Below, piece after piece: positions 13,587 through 29,181 of a DNA stretch of 64,000 bases. Every line of letters starts with the position of its first letter. The stretch's first letter is position 1. The notes under the pieces were generated by a model. The model searched no databases, was not told the origin of the DNA, and saw only the letters and a list, made by a program, of their open reading frames with translations. This DNA comes from Bigelowiella natans CCMP2755. Its lineage: Eukaryota; Protista; Cercozoa. Both the position numbers and the translations under genes were made by a program. The stretch lies in assembly GCA_000320545.1 (NCBI GenBank), contig ADNK01003482.1, positions 62,001 to 126,000 on the forward strand. The letters run 5' to 3'.

Positions 13587-16406
13587 CGTCAATAGCACAC
13601 ATGAAGATTAATATGCAGTCGGACGGAAATCTTCTGTGATTTTTAAATTAGGAGAACATACGTGTATCATTACGTCTGAAAACGTTCACTTGGTGTCTGA
13701 TGATAGAGAAGGTAAATCGATTTTTCGAGGCCTTATGATCGAGTTAGATTATCTTTATTATACTAATTTAAACGATTCTTGAATCTATGATCTTTGGCTT
13801 AGTTGTCCACAGTGTAAACTTCTGCAACCTCTCCAGGGTGTACGTACAGCCTTATGATGGTACGTATGGGATAGGGATGTGGTATTCTAGAAACCGAAAT
13901 AAGACAGCACAGCAATGTATTTGTTGCATACATGAAGACTACTACAAGTACGCTGCCGTGTCTATTCTGCTCCTAATCTTCTTACACGTCTCACCAGGTG
14001 ACCAACTTCCTCAAATGCAGCTGCAAGCGGTAGTAAGCCACATAACTTTTCAAAATATTTATTCGAAATCATGAACGGCGCAAATAAACGCTGATTATTT
14101 CCTCCCCGGCGTGTATTATCACGGCTGTGTAGCATCACTGTCTGACATGATTCTCTGGGGTCCACGAAACGCATGATGCTGAGGTGGTGTGCACTGTGTT
14201 TTGTAGGGAGTACATCCTCCTCAAGAGCTAAAGCTCAACGTTGAAAGGCCTGGGAACAAAGGTTGTGAGGAGATGTTAGATAAGATAAGCATAGTTTTGT
14301 TTACACTTAAGATGAAGTGTGGATACGGACGGATGATGTGCAGTTTTTGTCTTAACATTTTACTGTTCGATGCTTATAATTTAAAACATATTTAGGAAGA
14401 GGAGGGACGAATTTAATTGTGTTTGTCGCCCATGAAAAGCGGTAATGGGCCGCTTTTCCCGATTGTTAATTATAGTATTCGGATAAGTTGCATCAGCATA
14501 ATCATCGTTAGCACTAAACCATTAACTATCTTAATAACGTGTCTTTCAGCTCCCGGATATCGCACATTCTGGATCAAGCTTATAAGTAAAATAATCATCT
14601 CTAGCATCAGAAACGGCAATATTACTGCTTATCGTTGGATAATGTTGTGCCCCTCACAGTAAGTACGTGATACCGGACATATCCGCCCGTTTGAATTATT
14701 ATTCTCAGGTGCTACATGGTTCGCTCTTACTCGCTGAAGAATATGTAAGCACAACGCACAAAATAGAACACAAAATGGCAATACAGACATTCACACTCAC
14801 ACACGCAAAAAGATATCTACGATTCTGCTTTCGTATAAACTTACAAATGGGATAGTTGTTTGCCAGTGGTATCTGTGGACAAGGAGCAGAGAGAAGACGG
14901 TGATGCTAAACAGAACAGAAAAACATCGAGCAAAGCCACACCGCTGCAGCAGAGGAAAGGTATTGACTACATGTAAGTGAATAACGACAGGAGTTGTTAC
15001 ACGAATGATGTACTGATTTGGATTGGTTCACATCGCTACCACTTGTTTTTATAATCTCTATTCGGTTTGTGTTACACATCTTTACCTTCTCCCTGTTTTT
15101 TCCAGGTGGTCAGATTCCACATCCTGTGTGCAGGCTGAGTCAGGGGTCTTACAAGCGTCTCTTTGAGAAGGTAGCAGCAGCAGCAGTAGTAGTAGTAGTA
15201 ATAGTAGTAGTAGGCCCTGGACGAAATTAGCGTTGTCCCTTCAACCTAACTTCAATATATTAACCACAATCAGCTTTATGAACAATTCATTAACATTTGT
15301 TATTTCCGTCGTCATGCTGTAGAGTTGTTGTTCTTCTTCTTCTCTTTGCTCACCTCCTGCTTTTGTCAATGGCAGCTTCGGGGTGACCTTGTGGCGTGCA
15401 ATAATGTGGAGCAGTGCGCGGAACTTCTTGTAAATACCGCATTATAGATGCACATAAGTTCTGTGCTTTGTCGCTCTATCATTCATCTTCTTCTTCTTTC
15501 TTCTTTATTATTATGACAAAAGGAGCAAATGACAGTAGTAGCGGGTTGCTCTTCATTCTTTTCACTTCAATGCATACCGGTACTACCCCCAATGCTGCTA
15601 GCAATATGTATCTTAAGATACATACGTGGCAAGCTATATATAGTTAGCAGCTGGTTGATAATGTATGTTGTATTAATGCTACATGCAAACAATAGGTACT
15701 GGAAACATGCATCAAAATACTACTCGAGCTACAAAGCTACGTAGCACTATTGCTCCGCACAGACTCAAGTAGTAGTAAACATCATATTGGACGATAATCG
15801 GACTGACACACTCCTAGACGAAGAGATTCAATACGCATAAATATGCATAGTAAAATCTGTGAGCTAATATCATTTTCTGATTGTTTGTAAATCACTGATA
15901 ATCATCCTTATCTTTTTCTCCCCCCGAAGCCTGGCGGTGGCGGCGACACAAGGAGGCGTTGCAGGTAGGGAGACGACGAGAGAGATAACATCGATCGTAT
16001 GTAAATTGAGTAGTGCTATGTATCTCATCAATCTAGATTGTAGAAGCAAAAATGCATGAATGTATGATTCTAAAAGGCCAAGCGAAGTGTCATGGTGTCC
16101 ACGCTGCGTGTAAAGCTGAAGCTCGACCGAAATACAAAGAAACCGGGTGATATTATCATCTTCGTCCTGCTATGAGAGAAGATAGACAAGGGATCACACC
16201 TTGGCGCACCCATATCAAGAGAAACGATTTATAAAGAAAAACTATACGTGCGTGTGAATATATGAGGAATAGCACATATCGAATCCTCCACCTATCCTTG
16301 AGATGTTTTTCTCTGTTCTGCACGTTTGAGGGCAAAGCAGGAGAGTGCTGCTTGTTGTAAGTAGTGTGGATGTGATTCATCTCTTATTCTCTACCCTGAT
16401 CTACTG

Positions 16407-16437
<31 letters not shown>

Positions 16438-16814
16438 CTACTGCTACTCGATTAGCATTCGAGTTCTTTCGGGAGGAGAGAGGCCTCAAGATCTTCTTTG
16501 ATGGGGTGGTGGATGATCAACTTTAGTTACAGCACAGAAATAGTCGCTACAAATCACAAACTATTCAATATATGATGATAGCCGTCGAGCTATATTTTGC
16601 CTTGATTGACGAAGACCAATTTGCATAGGCTTCTCTTTGAATGATCTATTCATCAAATATTATTATTTATTTATTGTATTTGGAACGAGCGTCATCATTA
16701 ATGTATTTATTCTTTGTCTCTATCATCATCAATCAAGGGCCATGAAAACATCAAAATGGGCGATTATATCGTGAAAGGTGGGTTACGTTCAACTGTGTAT
16801 CCTTTCGTAAGAAA

Positions 16815-16857
<43 letters not shown>

Positions 16858-16863
16858 TATATA

Positions 16864-16901
<38 letters not shown>

Positions 16902-17023
16902 TGGCAGGAAGGAGGCTCGCTGGCCTTGATGATGAGGCCCAACAAGCGGTGCGTGACAACATAAATGCTACATATAAGATGATGCGTTTGACCACCTTCT
17001 ACTTCTTCCCCCTCCCTCCCATG

Positions 17024-17063
<40 letters not shown>

Positions 17064-19530
17064 TTGTGTATTTTCTGTTATCATGCATGCACATTCTATT
17101 TGACAAGAATTAGCTGTTGTGGTCCGCCATCTGCATTACTCCCTTTGCGCTTTATCCACCGACATCGTTATCGATACTACCCTACCATCCCTTTCCCTCA
17201 TCCATCTGCATTTTATCCCCCCCCCCCCCCCCTCTCTCTTGCTCGCCTATGTTAAGGCGTGGGAGAAGTATAAGTATAACGGGGCGTACCTCTCCGTCGA
17301 ACGTCAAAATGACCGTGAAACAATGAAGGTAATTACTGCTCTTTGCAGTGATACGGTGATTGTGCCTTTTGCATCTCCGTGAGCATGTGTATTTTGCACG
17401 TATGATACAGGCACTAAATGAGAAGGCAAACAGGGAAGGAGAACTGACGTAAGATGCCTACAGATTCTAACCAGAAGTTTATCGATGAATATGTGTGTTG
17501 TATGATATACGTGCAGCTCATTCCATGCATCAGCACTACGGTGTTGCTCGGCAAGTTTTTCTCTCTTATCACGAGTGTACCAAGCGTCCTTCGCTGCCCC
17601 ACTTCGCATGCGGAAGATGGCTATTCAACAAAGCGATGATGGAACCTCAAGCAGCGGCATTAAAGGCAAGAGAGGCAGCATATTATTTCACAGATGTTTA
17701 CACATATGAATGAATTAACAACACGAAGTGGAGATGATGCAAGGAGGCGTGTGTGCGGACGTGCTGATTCTTCTATGCTCAGATAACTGTTCTAAACATG
17801 TTCCTCCTGCCTCTTACATCCTCTATCTTTACTTTCTCTCTCTCCTTCTTCCCCTCCCTCTCTTTCCTCAGAAATTTTGAAAGCGGTACTCATGGGCACG
17901 GAGATGCCTACTGGCGAAGAAGTAGAGGTGACAGTAGTAGTGAATTGTAACAAGCCGACAAGCATTGTAGGCCCTAGAATCCTGCACCCTTCTCAGCTCA
18001 CTAGTTATTGTCTGTCCGTATGTGTTTTTATCTATGTGATGGTCCTGTCACGCAACTATTTATTATTTCAAATTATAAGGACGACTCGCTGAGGAGATCA
18101 ACAAGAGGACTCGAGTAATGAACTACTGATTGATGCAGATAATGGACTCTACTTCGTGCATCGTAAAGTGTGAAAATTCGATTCTTGATAAATATTGTAC
18201 TCTCTCAGAGCTTTGCAAAGGATTAGAAAGACGCTGAAGTCCAGTCTGAGAGGGTAATAAGCTAGTGCGCCACTACTCAAGGACGCACAGAACGCAAACA
18301 CACGCCACACAATTATAAGAATTTTATCTTGTGAAGACAAAGCATTCGTACATATCTCGCCGACGACAAGAGAAATGAATTATATGACAATATTCCTTAT
18401 CTCACGCCCATGCGTCGTTGTCATCGAGTCTCTTCTATCGGATGATGGGAATGATTTGTGGAAATGTATTGTTATCCGTTTTAACTACACATTCCTCAGT
18501 ATAAGGTATTGAACACTGATGATGGCGATTTCTTCGCAGAGAATCAGGAGTGCTTTCTGGTGGGAAGAAAGGTTCAGGTATCTTACGTTTGTTGAAGAAT
18601 GTCGGCTCCAAACACACACGCGCGCGCGCGCGCGCACACATACACACACACACACACACACAGAATAATACTGAATATGCCTTTGCGATTATCCAACAAC
18701 ATATAATGATGTTCATATTGTTTATAGTCCTCCAGCAGCAGTTCAAGATTCCCAATCTCAGTAAGAACAAACTATTTTTTTTAAAGAAAGTTTTTGGCCT
18801 TAACATATTACTAGCACAGAAGATATCTCTCTCCTCCCCCCGTATCTCTTTGTTACACACACACACACACACACACGCGCGCGCATGCAGAGAGAGAACA
18901 AAGTGCAATATGTGCATCTGCTCGTCTGAATGAAATTTCTGTTATTGTCCCGACTGTTTTTATGGTTGCCTTTCGTCACTAAAGTGTGAGTATTTTTGGT
19001 TATTTTCCCTCAGAAGCACTACCACCATTGCAAGCCAAAGACGAGAAGAAGGCAACACGCGGCGGGCCTCTTCCCGACAGCAAACAGCGAGCTGCTACAA
19101 AGCCTACAGCTGAATCACTCGACAAGGCTGAAGACCAGGCACTCACTATTCCTTCATAAATGATTATAGTGATGATGGTGATGATAATGATGGTGATGAT
19201 GATGACAGCCGACAACGATTATCGTGCTTGTCCTGATGGTGATTGATATGAATGAAGATGATGACAAGTAGTGCCTTATGCAGCTGCTTTCTCTACGTTC
19301 GAGGAGGAAATTGAAATAGTAATATAACCGGAAGTGGTGAGCATGGACGATGGCTCTATGAAAGAAGACAGTATAGTAAGCATAATATATGAATATGTAC
19401 ATCGTAGGATGCCTTCGAGCTGCTTATCGAAAGAACGTGTCATATGCAGGTAATATAAGAGTTGTGGTAGTTACCAAAAGAAACGTACGAAAAAGAAAAA
19501 GAAATAACAGTAGCAGAAGCAGCCCCTCTC

Positions 19531-19563
<33 letters not shown>

Positions 19564-20893
19564 TCGCTCCAATATTGTCGCAACATCTCCTGTAATTGTT
19601 TGTTTGGGGTGCTGCAGACGTGCGGTATATCTTCTTCTTTGATCGTTTGTACCCCTACTATCATACAAATAGATGGAGGCTTTTGCAGCAATTCTGCAGA
19701 TGACCGAGGGTAGTGTGAAAGCACATCACCAAACGCATATCTTCTTTTCATGTATCATCATCATCGTCGTTGTCATCGTCATCGTCATGATCGTATTCAA
19801 ATGTGTTGTTTTGTATCTTCATCTTACAATGCAACATATCAGATCCAGATATCGAGAATGTGATCAAGAGTAACATCACTGAGGTACGTCTTATCCTGCG
19901 AGACTCTGGGACAAAAAATTAACTTTTTGGAGAGGGGAGGGGGTGGAGAAGGGGGCTCCGATAAATTGGATGATGATCTAGCTCGTTTGTCTGTGAATAT
20001 CCTCATAATGTAGTGTCAAGATGACGACTAATTTCTTCTCCTCCCTTAGGTGTTGAAAGGCGGATTTGATTTTCATCAGCACACCGAACGTCTAGCCAGA
20101 ATTCTTTTCCATACTGCAAATCTGGTAATATATTTGCCGGATATCAAAATACCATCTACAACTTCCTTCTCCTCTTTTACAAAGCAAATGTGGCCAGGAC
20201 CTTGGTGTGCACGCTCCCAATTGCTTATTTTGAAAGTATCTTCTGAGTTGTTTATGACTGCTGTGTCGCAGACCAAGAACGCGGAATTCACTGCGACAGC
20301 AGGGTTTTATTTGTACCAGTACACACTGGTGGGTGAGTGAGTGAGTGATTGAGTGAGTAATGAGGAGGAACAACCTCGGTCCAGCGCAACCCATAATAAT
20401 AATAATAATTATAATAATATAAAATAGTAATGATAGGGTATGATGGCTATGATCATAAAATAATGAGATACTTTATCCGATATAAGCTGTTGATACTAGA
20501 AAGTGATTAGTGCTGGCGTGCATGCATGTTGTAGGGGGCCAAAGCGCTATTAGATGCGTCGGAGAAGGGATTTCTCAAGCAGGTCTTCTTCCATTCGATT
20601 CTTCCATGATCTCTCTATCTCCCTCTCTTTCTCTCTCGATTTTCTTCCTGTCATCATCCCTTCTCAGTACTGAAGACATTAGGCGAAATACTACTTTGAG
20701 AGTTTATCTTTCTCCTTGCTTTCTTCACCACAAATACCAGGTTGCGAAACTCAGTGGAATAACAATCAAGGCATTGTCAAGAGGTTTCAACCGGATTCGA
20801 CGGGCACGGAAAGTTTTAAGCACAAGCCCCAACCTTCGCTACTATATGCTTTCACTCCCGCTTTTAGAGGCGTTATTGAAAAAATTATCGTGA
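13060..20893 (+). CDS. Uncharacterised large multi-exon protein (more than 20 small exons; start approximate)
   Basis: A chain of GT/GC-AG bounded exons, phase-compatible where checked, e.g. HTCIITSENVHLVSDDRE|VVHSVNFCNLSRVYVQPYD, FEFFREERGLKIFFDG, AWEKYKYNGAYLSVERQ, VLKGGFDFHQHTERLARIL. Last exon VAKLSGITIKALSRGFNRI...LKKLS*. No confident family. Confidence 0.5.
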
Positions 20894-21299
20894 AGGAATT
20901 ATCAATGCAGTACTTTCCACCTATGCAGCAGATTGCTTAGAATGTTGCCACCAGGAATTCTTACCGCTTCTTGATATAATATTGACACATGTCGCACGTG
21001 CCATGTTCAGTTTGAATCCTGCGTCACGGCATTGCGCATTTCATGCTACGTTATGACATTAATAGGCATCGTACAATGAAAAAAGTGCGCTGTGTGCACT
21101 CCAATGATGCACACATGTGGCACATGCTAGCATGGTTTGTCACGTTCTCATCAAAGCAACGTGCATGACACTGTGCACATGCATGCATTTGGACTGAACT
21201 GGCCCGCTTGCCTGTGAGTCATGTGCAGCATTACACGCTGTTGTGTTGCTCGCCCACTAGCCACCACGATGCAGACTGCATGTCTGCCATGGCACACAC

Positions 21300-21645
21300 A
21301 CACACATGCTAACACACGTGTGGTGTCATGAAAGACATGGATCATCTCCTACAATGCGAGGCATGCGAACACCAACAGTTCAGATTGTGCAACCAATTGA
21401 ATGCCATCATGAATCGAAACGATGAGACGAAACGACTGACTGAAGATGAAAAAGAGGCACGGACCGCTGTGCGCACCGCACGACATCGAAGACAGGATGC
21501 AGATGCTTTCAAATAAGTGCATGAAACACACAACAGACGGAAAAAACAGATGCAATCTGAGTGCTGTAGCCGCTGCTTTGTGCAGCTACACCAGGATGAC
21601 CATGGAAAAGATTTGATCATTTCATTGCATCCGTCTCACACATGT
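21300..21645 (+). mobile_element. LINE 3'-end remnant, heavily TpA-mutated
   Basis: CGVMKDMDHLLQC...MNRNDETKRLT..., homologous to the 34810-35382 ORF; ends in the family terminal motif gcatccgtctcaca. Confidence 0.8.
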
Positions 21646-21829
21646 GAACATGTGTGCATGCATTATCTGCTCGATCACAAAGAAACAAACAAACGTCACA
21701 ATAAACACGCACTACTCTTGGCAGTCCTGATCTGCTATGACGGTCCTCGCTCTGCCCGCCGTACATCAGATGCAGCATGCTTGCTGCCGCTGCTACGTGC
21801 TGCAGTCAAGCGCAGTGGAAAATCTAGAG

Positions 21830-22031
21830 TTGTAACATTTCTATCCTTAACGAGGAGCTTAGTCGTCGAAGCTGCTGTCTCCTGGTCCCCCCCCTCGTCC
21901 TCTCTTAAAACAGGCCCAAGTAACCCGCACGGCCCGCCTTCCATATGTAAACATTTTCATCTTGGTACTTCATTTGCCATAGAGTGAGATAAACGTTCCA
22001 TAATTTTCTTTTATGAACCATCCCATCTTCC

Positions 22032-22067
<36 letters not shown>

Positions 22068-23417
22068 ATGCTACTAGTAGTACCACAGCACTACCGGGTA
22101 AGATGCAGGCCTGAAGAGCTAGGTAGGATTCAAGAGCAAATACGACATGTGCGAGAGATTCGCCTCGGTACCTTTTGGTTAGTAGATACACAGTAACGTC
22201 GTTTAACCAATCACCACTAAATTCCTATCATCATCATCATCATCAGCAGCAGCAGCAGCATCATCAATATCGTCACTTGTTTATTATGCTATACATGTTT
22301 TTCCTGTGATTATGCCGGAATCCGCCTACTTTCCACTCCTTTTGCAACCTCCTCCCTTAACAATGAGAGGAAGAAATAGATAGATAGATAGAGAGAGAGC
22401 AACGAGAGGGAGAGTGTATCAGAGAACAATGTAGAACACAAGCATTGTACGCACTCACGCACATTGGATAATTGTCGCCTTCTGTGCTCGTAGAAGGTCT
22501 GATGCAGTACGATTAGCGCCTGGAAGGCTGTACCCTGTGGCTCCTGAGGGGGGGGAACGGATGGGGGTAAACAAAAATAGTAATACGTCATCGTCACTGT
22601 GACAACAACATCCCACTACTCCTTTGATTCCTCGTGGTCATCATTGCATTGGTGATTACATGTACAACGAGCAGTAAGAGGACAAGAAAACAACCGAAGA
22701 AAGTGCTGATGGTGTTCAACGTCTGCAGCAGCGCTGCTTCGGTTGGAATCGAGGAATGGTTTCTCTCCGCTGATGTCATCATGTATAGTAGCGACGATAA
22801 GAAGAACAAGAACAAGAACAACAACAAGTGATAGTAAGGACTGTGAAGAGGGAGCAGTGGGACTTCAAACAATAGGAATACTCAATGATTTTACTACCAA
22901 CATTAAGGAAAGTTTCTCAGCTATGAAAAAAATGGTATTTGATGAAAAATATAGACAGATAGATGTGGTATTATTTTGTCCTCCTTCTCCCAATCTCGTC
23001 CACGTACTTTTCAGGGAGCTTGAAGTAGAAACAGAAGCAGCAGAAGCAGCGGCGTATTGCTCCCACGCGATGTTGTAGATCTGATTGTAATAGCAGCAGA
23101 AGCAGCAGAACAGTAACAACAACAACAACAACAACAACAACAACGACAACGACAAACAACAACCGTGGTATCTATGCTATCACCACAAGAAACCCCATAA
23201 GCATCATCGTCATCATCATCAACATCATCATCTATACACGATTGTCTATCATTATACACTGCTACTACTACTGCTGCTTCTATACGATCTACCCAAGACA
23301 AAAAGTCTCTTATACGCTCACACAGTGCAGGTTCCTCCAAGCTATCAGAAGGGAGACAGAGAGGAGGATCGATATTATCGTGGGGGGGGACAACAATGAG
23401 AAGGTGGAATTCACGTC

Positions 23418-23458
<41 letters not shown>

Positions 23459-24167
23459 AACTGCAGTACGATCAACAACAACGATTGCAAAGAGACGGTT
23501 TGTATTTCCCCTCCACATAAGGTTTTTATTCATAACACAGCTCAAAGGACAAATAATCGTTTTTTTGAGTACTCTCTCTTCCTAGATGTGGTTGTTATTT
23601 CTTTTCGCGTCACTCTCTTCGTTGTTGTGCTACAATTACTACTACTACTACTCTTTGGTTCCCCAGGCAGCATATTCACAATTGTAGCTAAATGCAGACA
23701 ATGCGGCAACGACTCTCTGATGGATAGTATTATTAGGAGCCAGAGGGAAGAGTAAGAGTAGCAGTAGCAGTAGTAATAGCAGTAGTAGCAATAGCAATAT
23801 ATACTAGTGATGAAAATGGCATGAGAGGAATGGTGGTTGTGATGATGAGTGGAAGTGAAATTGTGAGCTATTCCTCGTGCTATTGTGGTGGTTGTTGTTG
23901 TTGTTGTTGTTGTATATTGCATGTTACACCCGATCATGATACAGTTTTGAGGGGGGGGAGAAGCACCTGTCCTCTTTCCACAGCTTCTATATCACTCTCA
24001 GTCTACAAGATATGTGTTTATCACATCGCAAGGTATGCACTAGTGATGGTGGTGGTGATGATGATGATGATAGAAAATAGAAGGAAACTTGGAGTGAGAC
24101 AGCTAATATGTTTAACATATGACCCCCTCCTCTCTAGTGAGCTCTACTATTCGATACTACTACACTA

Positions 24168-24199
<32 letters not shown>

Positions 24200-24402
24200 A
24201 CTACTACTACCCCTCCATGATGGTGAGTGAGGAAATCATATCCATCAGCATTTACGAGGACAGGGTGATCACGATAAATCATCGGCACGTTAGAATCATC
24301 CGTATCCTTCATAATGCAGCAACATCGAGTCGATGTGTTGGTAGTAGTAGTTGTAGTAGTAGAAGTAGTAGGCTTGTTGGCATACAATAGATTATGATGT
24401 TA

Positions 24403-24438
<36 letters not shown>

Positions 24439-26171
24439 CTACATTAGGAAGGAATCACTGCGGAAGAGATGCTGGGCAGATGTGTTGAACGAACGGCAAC
24501 ACTTAGAAAACACATTTATCCTAAAACTACTCTGTAGCGTGGTAGTCAAAGTTTGCATGCTGTACCGCACCTCATTGCTCTCGAGCAGTGTTGCCGTCAT
24601 GTTCGTGTATTGCAATGAATTTGCGTAGTTTGTGACGATAGCGATATCGGTTAGATTTGCTGCAATTCCTGCTGTTCCCCGGTCCCTCCAATCTCCTACT
24701 GATTGATCGTTGGTTGTGATGATGGCTTCACCATCTTCGTTGCTGTAATAGCTCTTTCCACCATCAATAGCGGGTACTGCAGGAGAAGGAAGAGAAGAGG
24801 AGGGGGGGGGACAAGATGCGGTTTGTTTTGCATATAGGCTGCTAGCCATTCCGAGGGCAGCAACCGCTTTCACTCTGTGGGTGCGATAATAGGAGTACAA
24901 GTGTGGAGGAGGAGGAGGAAAGGAGGAAAGCTTTGATGAGCGAGTATAAGAGGAAGAATAGGGTTATAATAATGTGAGAGTCGAAGATTGACTGGTAAAT
25001 CAAAAATAGAGATAGATGCAAGGTGACAGCGGCTACAGCATTCTCACTTTAGTATCGCTGAGCTCACCATGTCATCACCATTTTACTTCATAGTATTCAC
25101 CCCCTCCTCCTCCTCCTCCTCCTCCTCCTCCTTGTGGTTGATCTTCTTCTTCTCCTTCTACTAGTAGTTCATTTGATTGCATATGTCTCATTTGATGTCA
25201 TTCATACAGTTGAGCGAGGAACTCCGCGCCCAGTTTGTGTGATATCTGTTTAACCTGCAGGAGAGTAGTAGGCGATTATGAGAGGGGAGAGAAGGAGTGA
25301 AATATCTTCTCGATAGCAGTATTTTCTTGATGTGATCATGGAGGGTGGTGAGCACTATCTCTCTCATCCAACCCTATGAGATTCTCCACCACAACCACAA
25401 CAACACACAACATCTATATATTCACGAAGAAGGGGCTATTTATTGATGCAGCTACTACCTCCTTTTGGTGCTGCTCGTACCACAGAAAGCTCTTTATAGA
25501 TACTCGCATAAAATCGTCGCGAATGTTTCCGATCTCCTCCCAGAAGTCCCCTCCCCACATGCTCATGTCTTTGTCTACATCGATTTCGTGGCGCTCGTCG
25601 TCCTCTTCATTTTGATCAAAGGAGGAGGGTGAAGATGAAGAAGAAGAAGCTTCTTTTCGCCTGACCCCCCCCTCTTGTTCCATAGGTAGATTTGAGGAGG
25701 AGGGGGAGTCTGGGATAGAAGTAATGCACAGTAGCAGCACCAGCAAAGTATTAATTTGTAGTTAGGATATATTATAAGCGAGTAGCATCCACGCTAAATC
25801 ATCATCATCATAATGCTTGCAACCCGCCTTTGCATCATCATTAATAAAATGCAATACTACTCGTCACTACTCTTCCTCCTTTCCCCACATTATACTTATG
25901 TTTGCATAATATATATACACACATACACACACACACATACACACACACACATAGATATATCACTTTTGCTGCTTTGCTGGTCCATGTTCGTTGAAGTCTT
26001 CGAGAGGATGACCACGAGAGCCATAAGCTCCATTAGCTGATGGATTCAAAGCAAACATCAACAAAATGGCCAGTACCTTCAGGAATGTCATTATAGTACG
26101 TATGTGCTGCATGTTCGATGAATCCACAGAATCCTTGCCTCTGCTCTTTCTACTACTACCACTGCTACTAT

Positions 26172-26204
<33 letters not shown>

Positions 26205-26628
26205 CAGTGGTAACGTGCTTGCAGGGTCTATACCCTTTATCAGCCCCGTAGTATGATCCAGTCGTAGCATCACCTCACGATAAAACTTAGGCGCTTGTGG
26301 CAGAATAAAGAAGAATAATCGAAGGGGGGGGGGGGATAGGGAACAGCAGCATGTTACTTCACACATGTATGATGGCAATGGCATTGACGATGATGATGAT
26401 GATATGACGATAGTCATTGCAGCTGCTTCTCCTCACTAGTGACGAGTGATCTTATTTCATGTCTGAGTACATCCTCTTCTTCCTCCCCCCCCCACTACTA
26501 CTATTGCAGTAATAGTAGTTGTGCGTGATCATAGAGACTATATAATACAACTTCGTCGCAGCAATTCGCTTTCAGGAAGCACTCCAAACTTTGTAGCTGA
26601 TTAGCGATAGAACCATACTCACTACACA

Positions 26629-26695
<67 letters not shown>

Positions 26696-27247
26696 GTCGA
26701 CTATTGAAAGATATTGAATCAGGCCACAGCAGTTGTTGTGGGGGGTTCACCTTCGTAGAAAGTAAGCAGATACATCGCTTTGTTGTGCATTGTCTGAAGA
26801 TTAAGGGCACAACAGGAGGTTGTTGTTGATGGTGGTGGCTAACAATACCAGTAAACACAAGGGGAAATAACCCATGCTACTACAGCATTCTTTGCGTGTA
26901 AAATAAATAGCAGCCGTGATCTTAGCCTGCATGGTTACCTCCATAACGTCGTTATAGCACCTGCTCCCGTTGATCAGTGAAGAACAGATGTACTCGAGGC
27001 AGCGATTCGTCTTGAATAATAGCAACATCATAAGAAGAGAGAGGGTGGGGGGCAGAGTAGGAAAGGCTGACAGAAAAAGGGGAAAATTGAGGAATTGTAA
27101 TGTCACTTTATCCCATTCTCTCCCCCCCTTCTTGAATGAAACACCACCACCTCTATTTCGCTGCCTGTGAGCATTGCCAGCCGCAGCAGTGCTCGTATGT
27201 CCTTGGGGAATTAGCGATTAGATGTTCCGTCGGTAGGAGGAGGATTT

Positions 27248-27290
<43 letters not shown>

Positions 27291-28560
27291 AGAGGGGGGG
27301 GTAGAGCGAGCGAGACCATTAGGACATCGGGAAGATGATGGGGACAAAAGAAGAAGAAGAAGAAGAAGAAGAAGAAAAAGAAAAAGAAGGAGAAAAAAAA
27401 GAAAAAGAAGGAGAAGGAGAAGAAAGGCAAACTCCATCGATGATTCATAAGGGTTACGAATACTACAACTGAAGTACGACTTCCACTTTTCTGTAATGTG
27501 ATTTTGGGTTGACACAATGCACTTCGATTGGTAGATAGAAACACTAATTGTTGTTGCTGCTGCTGTTGTTGTCGTTTTACTACCAAAAGGTGTCGGTGAA
27601 GGGAAGTTCGGCTTTTTATATGTGTCGTACGATTTGCGTCTACAACCAAACACGCCCCTGTTTTGACCGGAAACATGCCATATTAACACTCCATTAATAA
27701 TAAATGGAAGAGAGGCAGAACGAGAGACAGTAATCATCTTTAACTTCTCAAGTGAGTGGTGATGTGATTCCGCGCGTTCGTGTAGATGCTTGTGGGATGG
27801 TGACCAGCGTCTATTTGCTGCTGCTGCCAGATGCATTCAGTGCATATTACAACCCCTCTTCACCCTCACCACTAGACATACAATTTTCTACCAATGCTGC
27901 TATTGTTTGACTACCTAATCTGGGAGGATAACGGGTGATATTAAGCTTCCGAAGATAAAATCTCCTTCCTGTGCTCAGTATCGACTGTACCACACCGCGC
28001 CTCCAGGGACGAACGACAGGCTGAATAATAACGTGCGGCGTTGTATGTGCTTTCGGGAAGGGATGCATGTTAGTTGCAAAACATAACAAGTACTACCGGA
28101 ATTCTTTTTCTAAGACGCTTTTCCGTCACAAACCGAGAGGGAGATGGTGATCTTTCACGGTCTTTATGAATAGGATGCAACCTCTTTCCCCTGGGCAGAC
28201 ATGGGGTGCAAGGTGTACAGAGAAAGAAGAGTTAAAAGGCGCATCTTAATCATCTGCTTTCCTATCTTTCTAGGCATCTACAAATCAAACTCTCGGGCAA
28301 GACTCAGAGCTAGTTCTCCTTTTCTTTCAGCAGATCATATTCTTCTCCATTACTCTGACGGCGATTCTGGGGATGGGGATGTGCGCAGGGTCTGATGGCG
28401 TCCTGAATAAACCGGAAGTGTCCCCCCCCCCGATCCAAGGCTCTGGATCAGAGCATATACCACCATCAACATCACTAACCCCGATCGACTCGGACGATTC
28501 ATATTAACGTTGGAGCACGAGCAGGGTCGGGGGTTTGGGGGAGGAGCCCTCCTCATCCTC
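21830..28560 (-). CDS. Uncharacterised multi-exon gene with microsatellite-rich introns (bounds approximate)
   Basis: Minus-strand exon-like islands between microsatellite introns, e.g. APKFYREVMLRLDHTTGLIKGIDPASTLPL, NEEDDERHEIDVDKDMSMWGGDFWEEIGNIRDDF, EPQGTAFQALIVLHQTFYEHRRRQLSN, YRGESLAHVVFALESYLALQ. Confidence 0.4.
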
Positions 28561-28845
28561 CTTGGAGCATCTTGCTGTTCAGATCATTTCACACCCGAGG
28601 TACATCCATCGCTCCACACGCCTTACTGTTTAAAACTGCAAGCTGAAGATTTGTTGTCACATTTGGAAAATCCCATATATATTTCTAATAAATAATTAAA
28701 GCCGCTGTTTTATTTTGAATGTTCTGATTTTTTCGTCATATCGCCGGAGCTGAGGCAAATCTCCGAGCAGCTTCGTCCTCAAGCCGCCGCACCCCATTAT
28801 TAGGGAGGGTATTACGACGAGAGTGAGGACGGACCTCCCAGAACA

Positions 28846-29144
28846 ATGGGGAAACAGCGAAGGCGGCGACGAAAGGGAAAAGCTGCGAGGGATAAAATTG
28901 ATCCATTAGGGGGGGTCGAGAAGATAGAGCATCAATTTCAAGATGTCTCGCCTATGCTTGCGGTTATTACAACAAATTTTTGTTTCTTCACCCACATCCG
29001 CAAAACAAAGATGATGATGATGATGATGATTATGGGGGGATAAATTGAATCACACTGCTTTCACTAAATCATGCACGCAAATTAATTTAATTTTTGAATG
29101 TACGGAACTTGCGATATGCATACCCAGGATTGAAATTAATGTTT

Positions 29145-29181
<37 letters not shown>

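Noticed and set aside
13790-13840. WLSCPQCKLL as a TFIIB zinc ribbon
   Set aside because: Splice phases of the flanking exons favour another frame (VVHSVNFCNLSRVYVQPYD).
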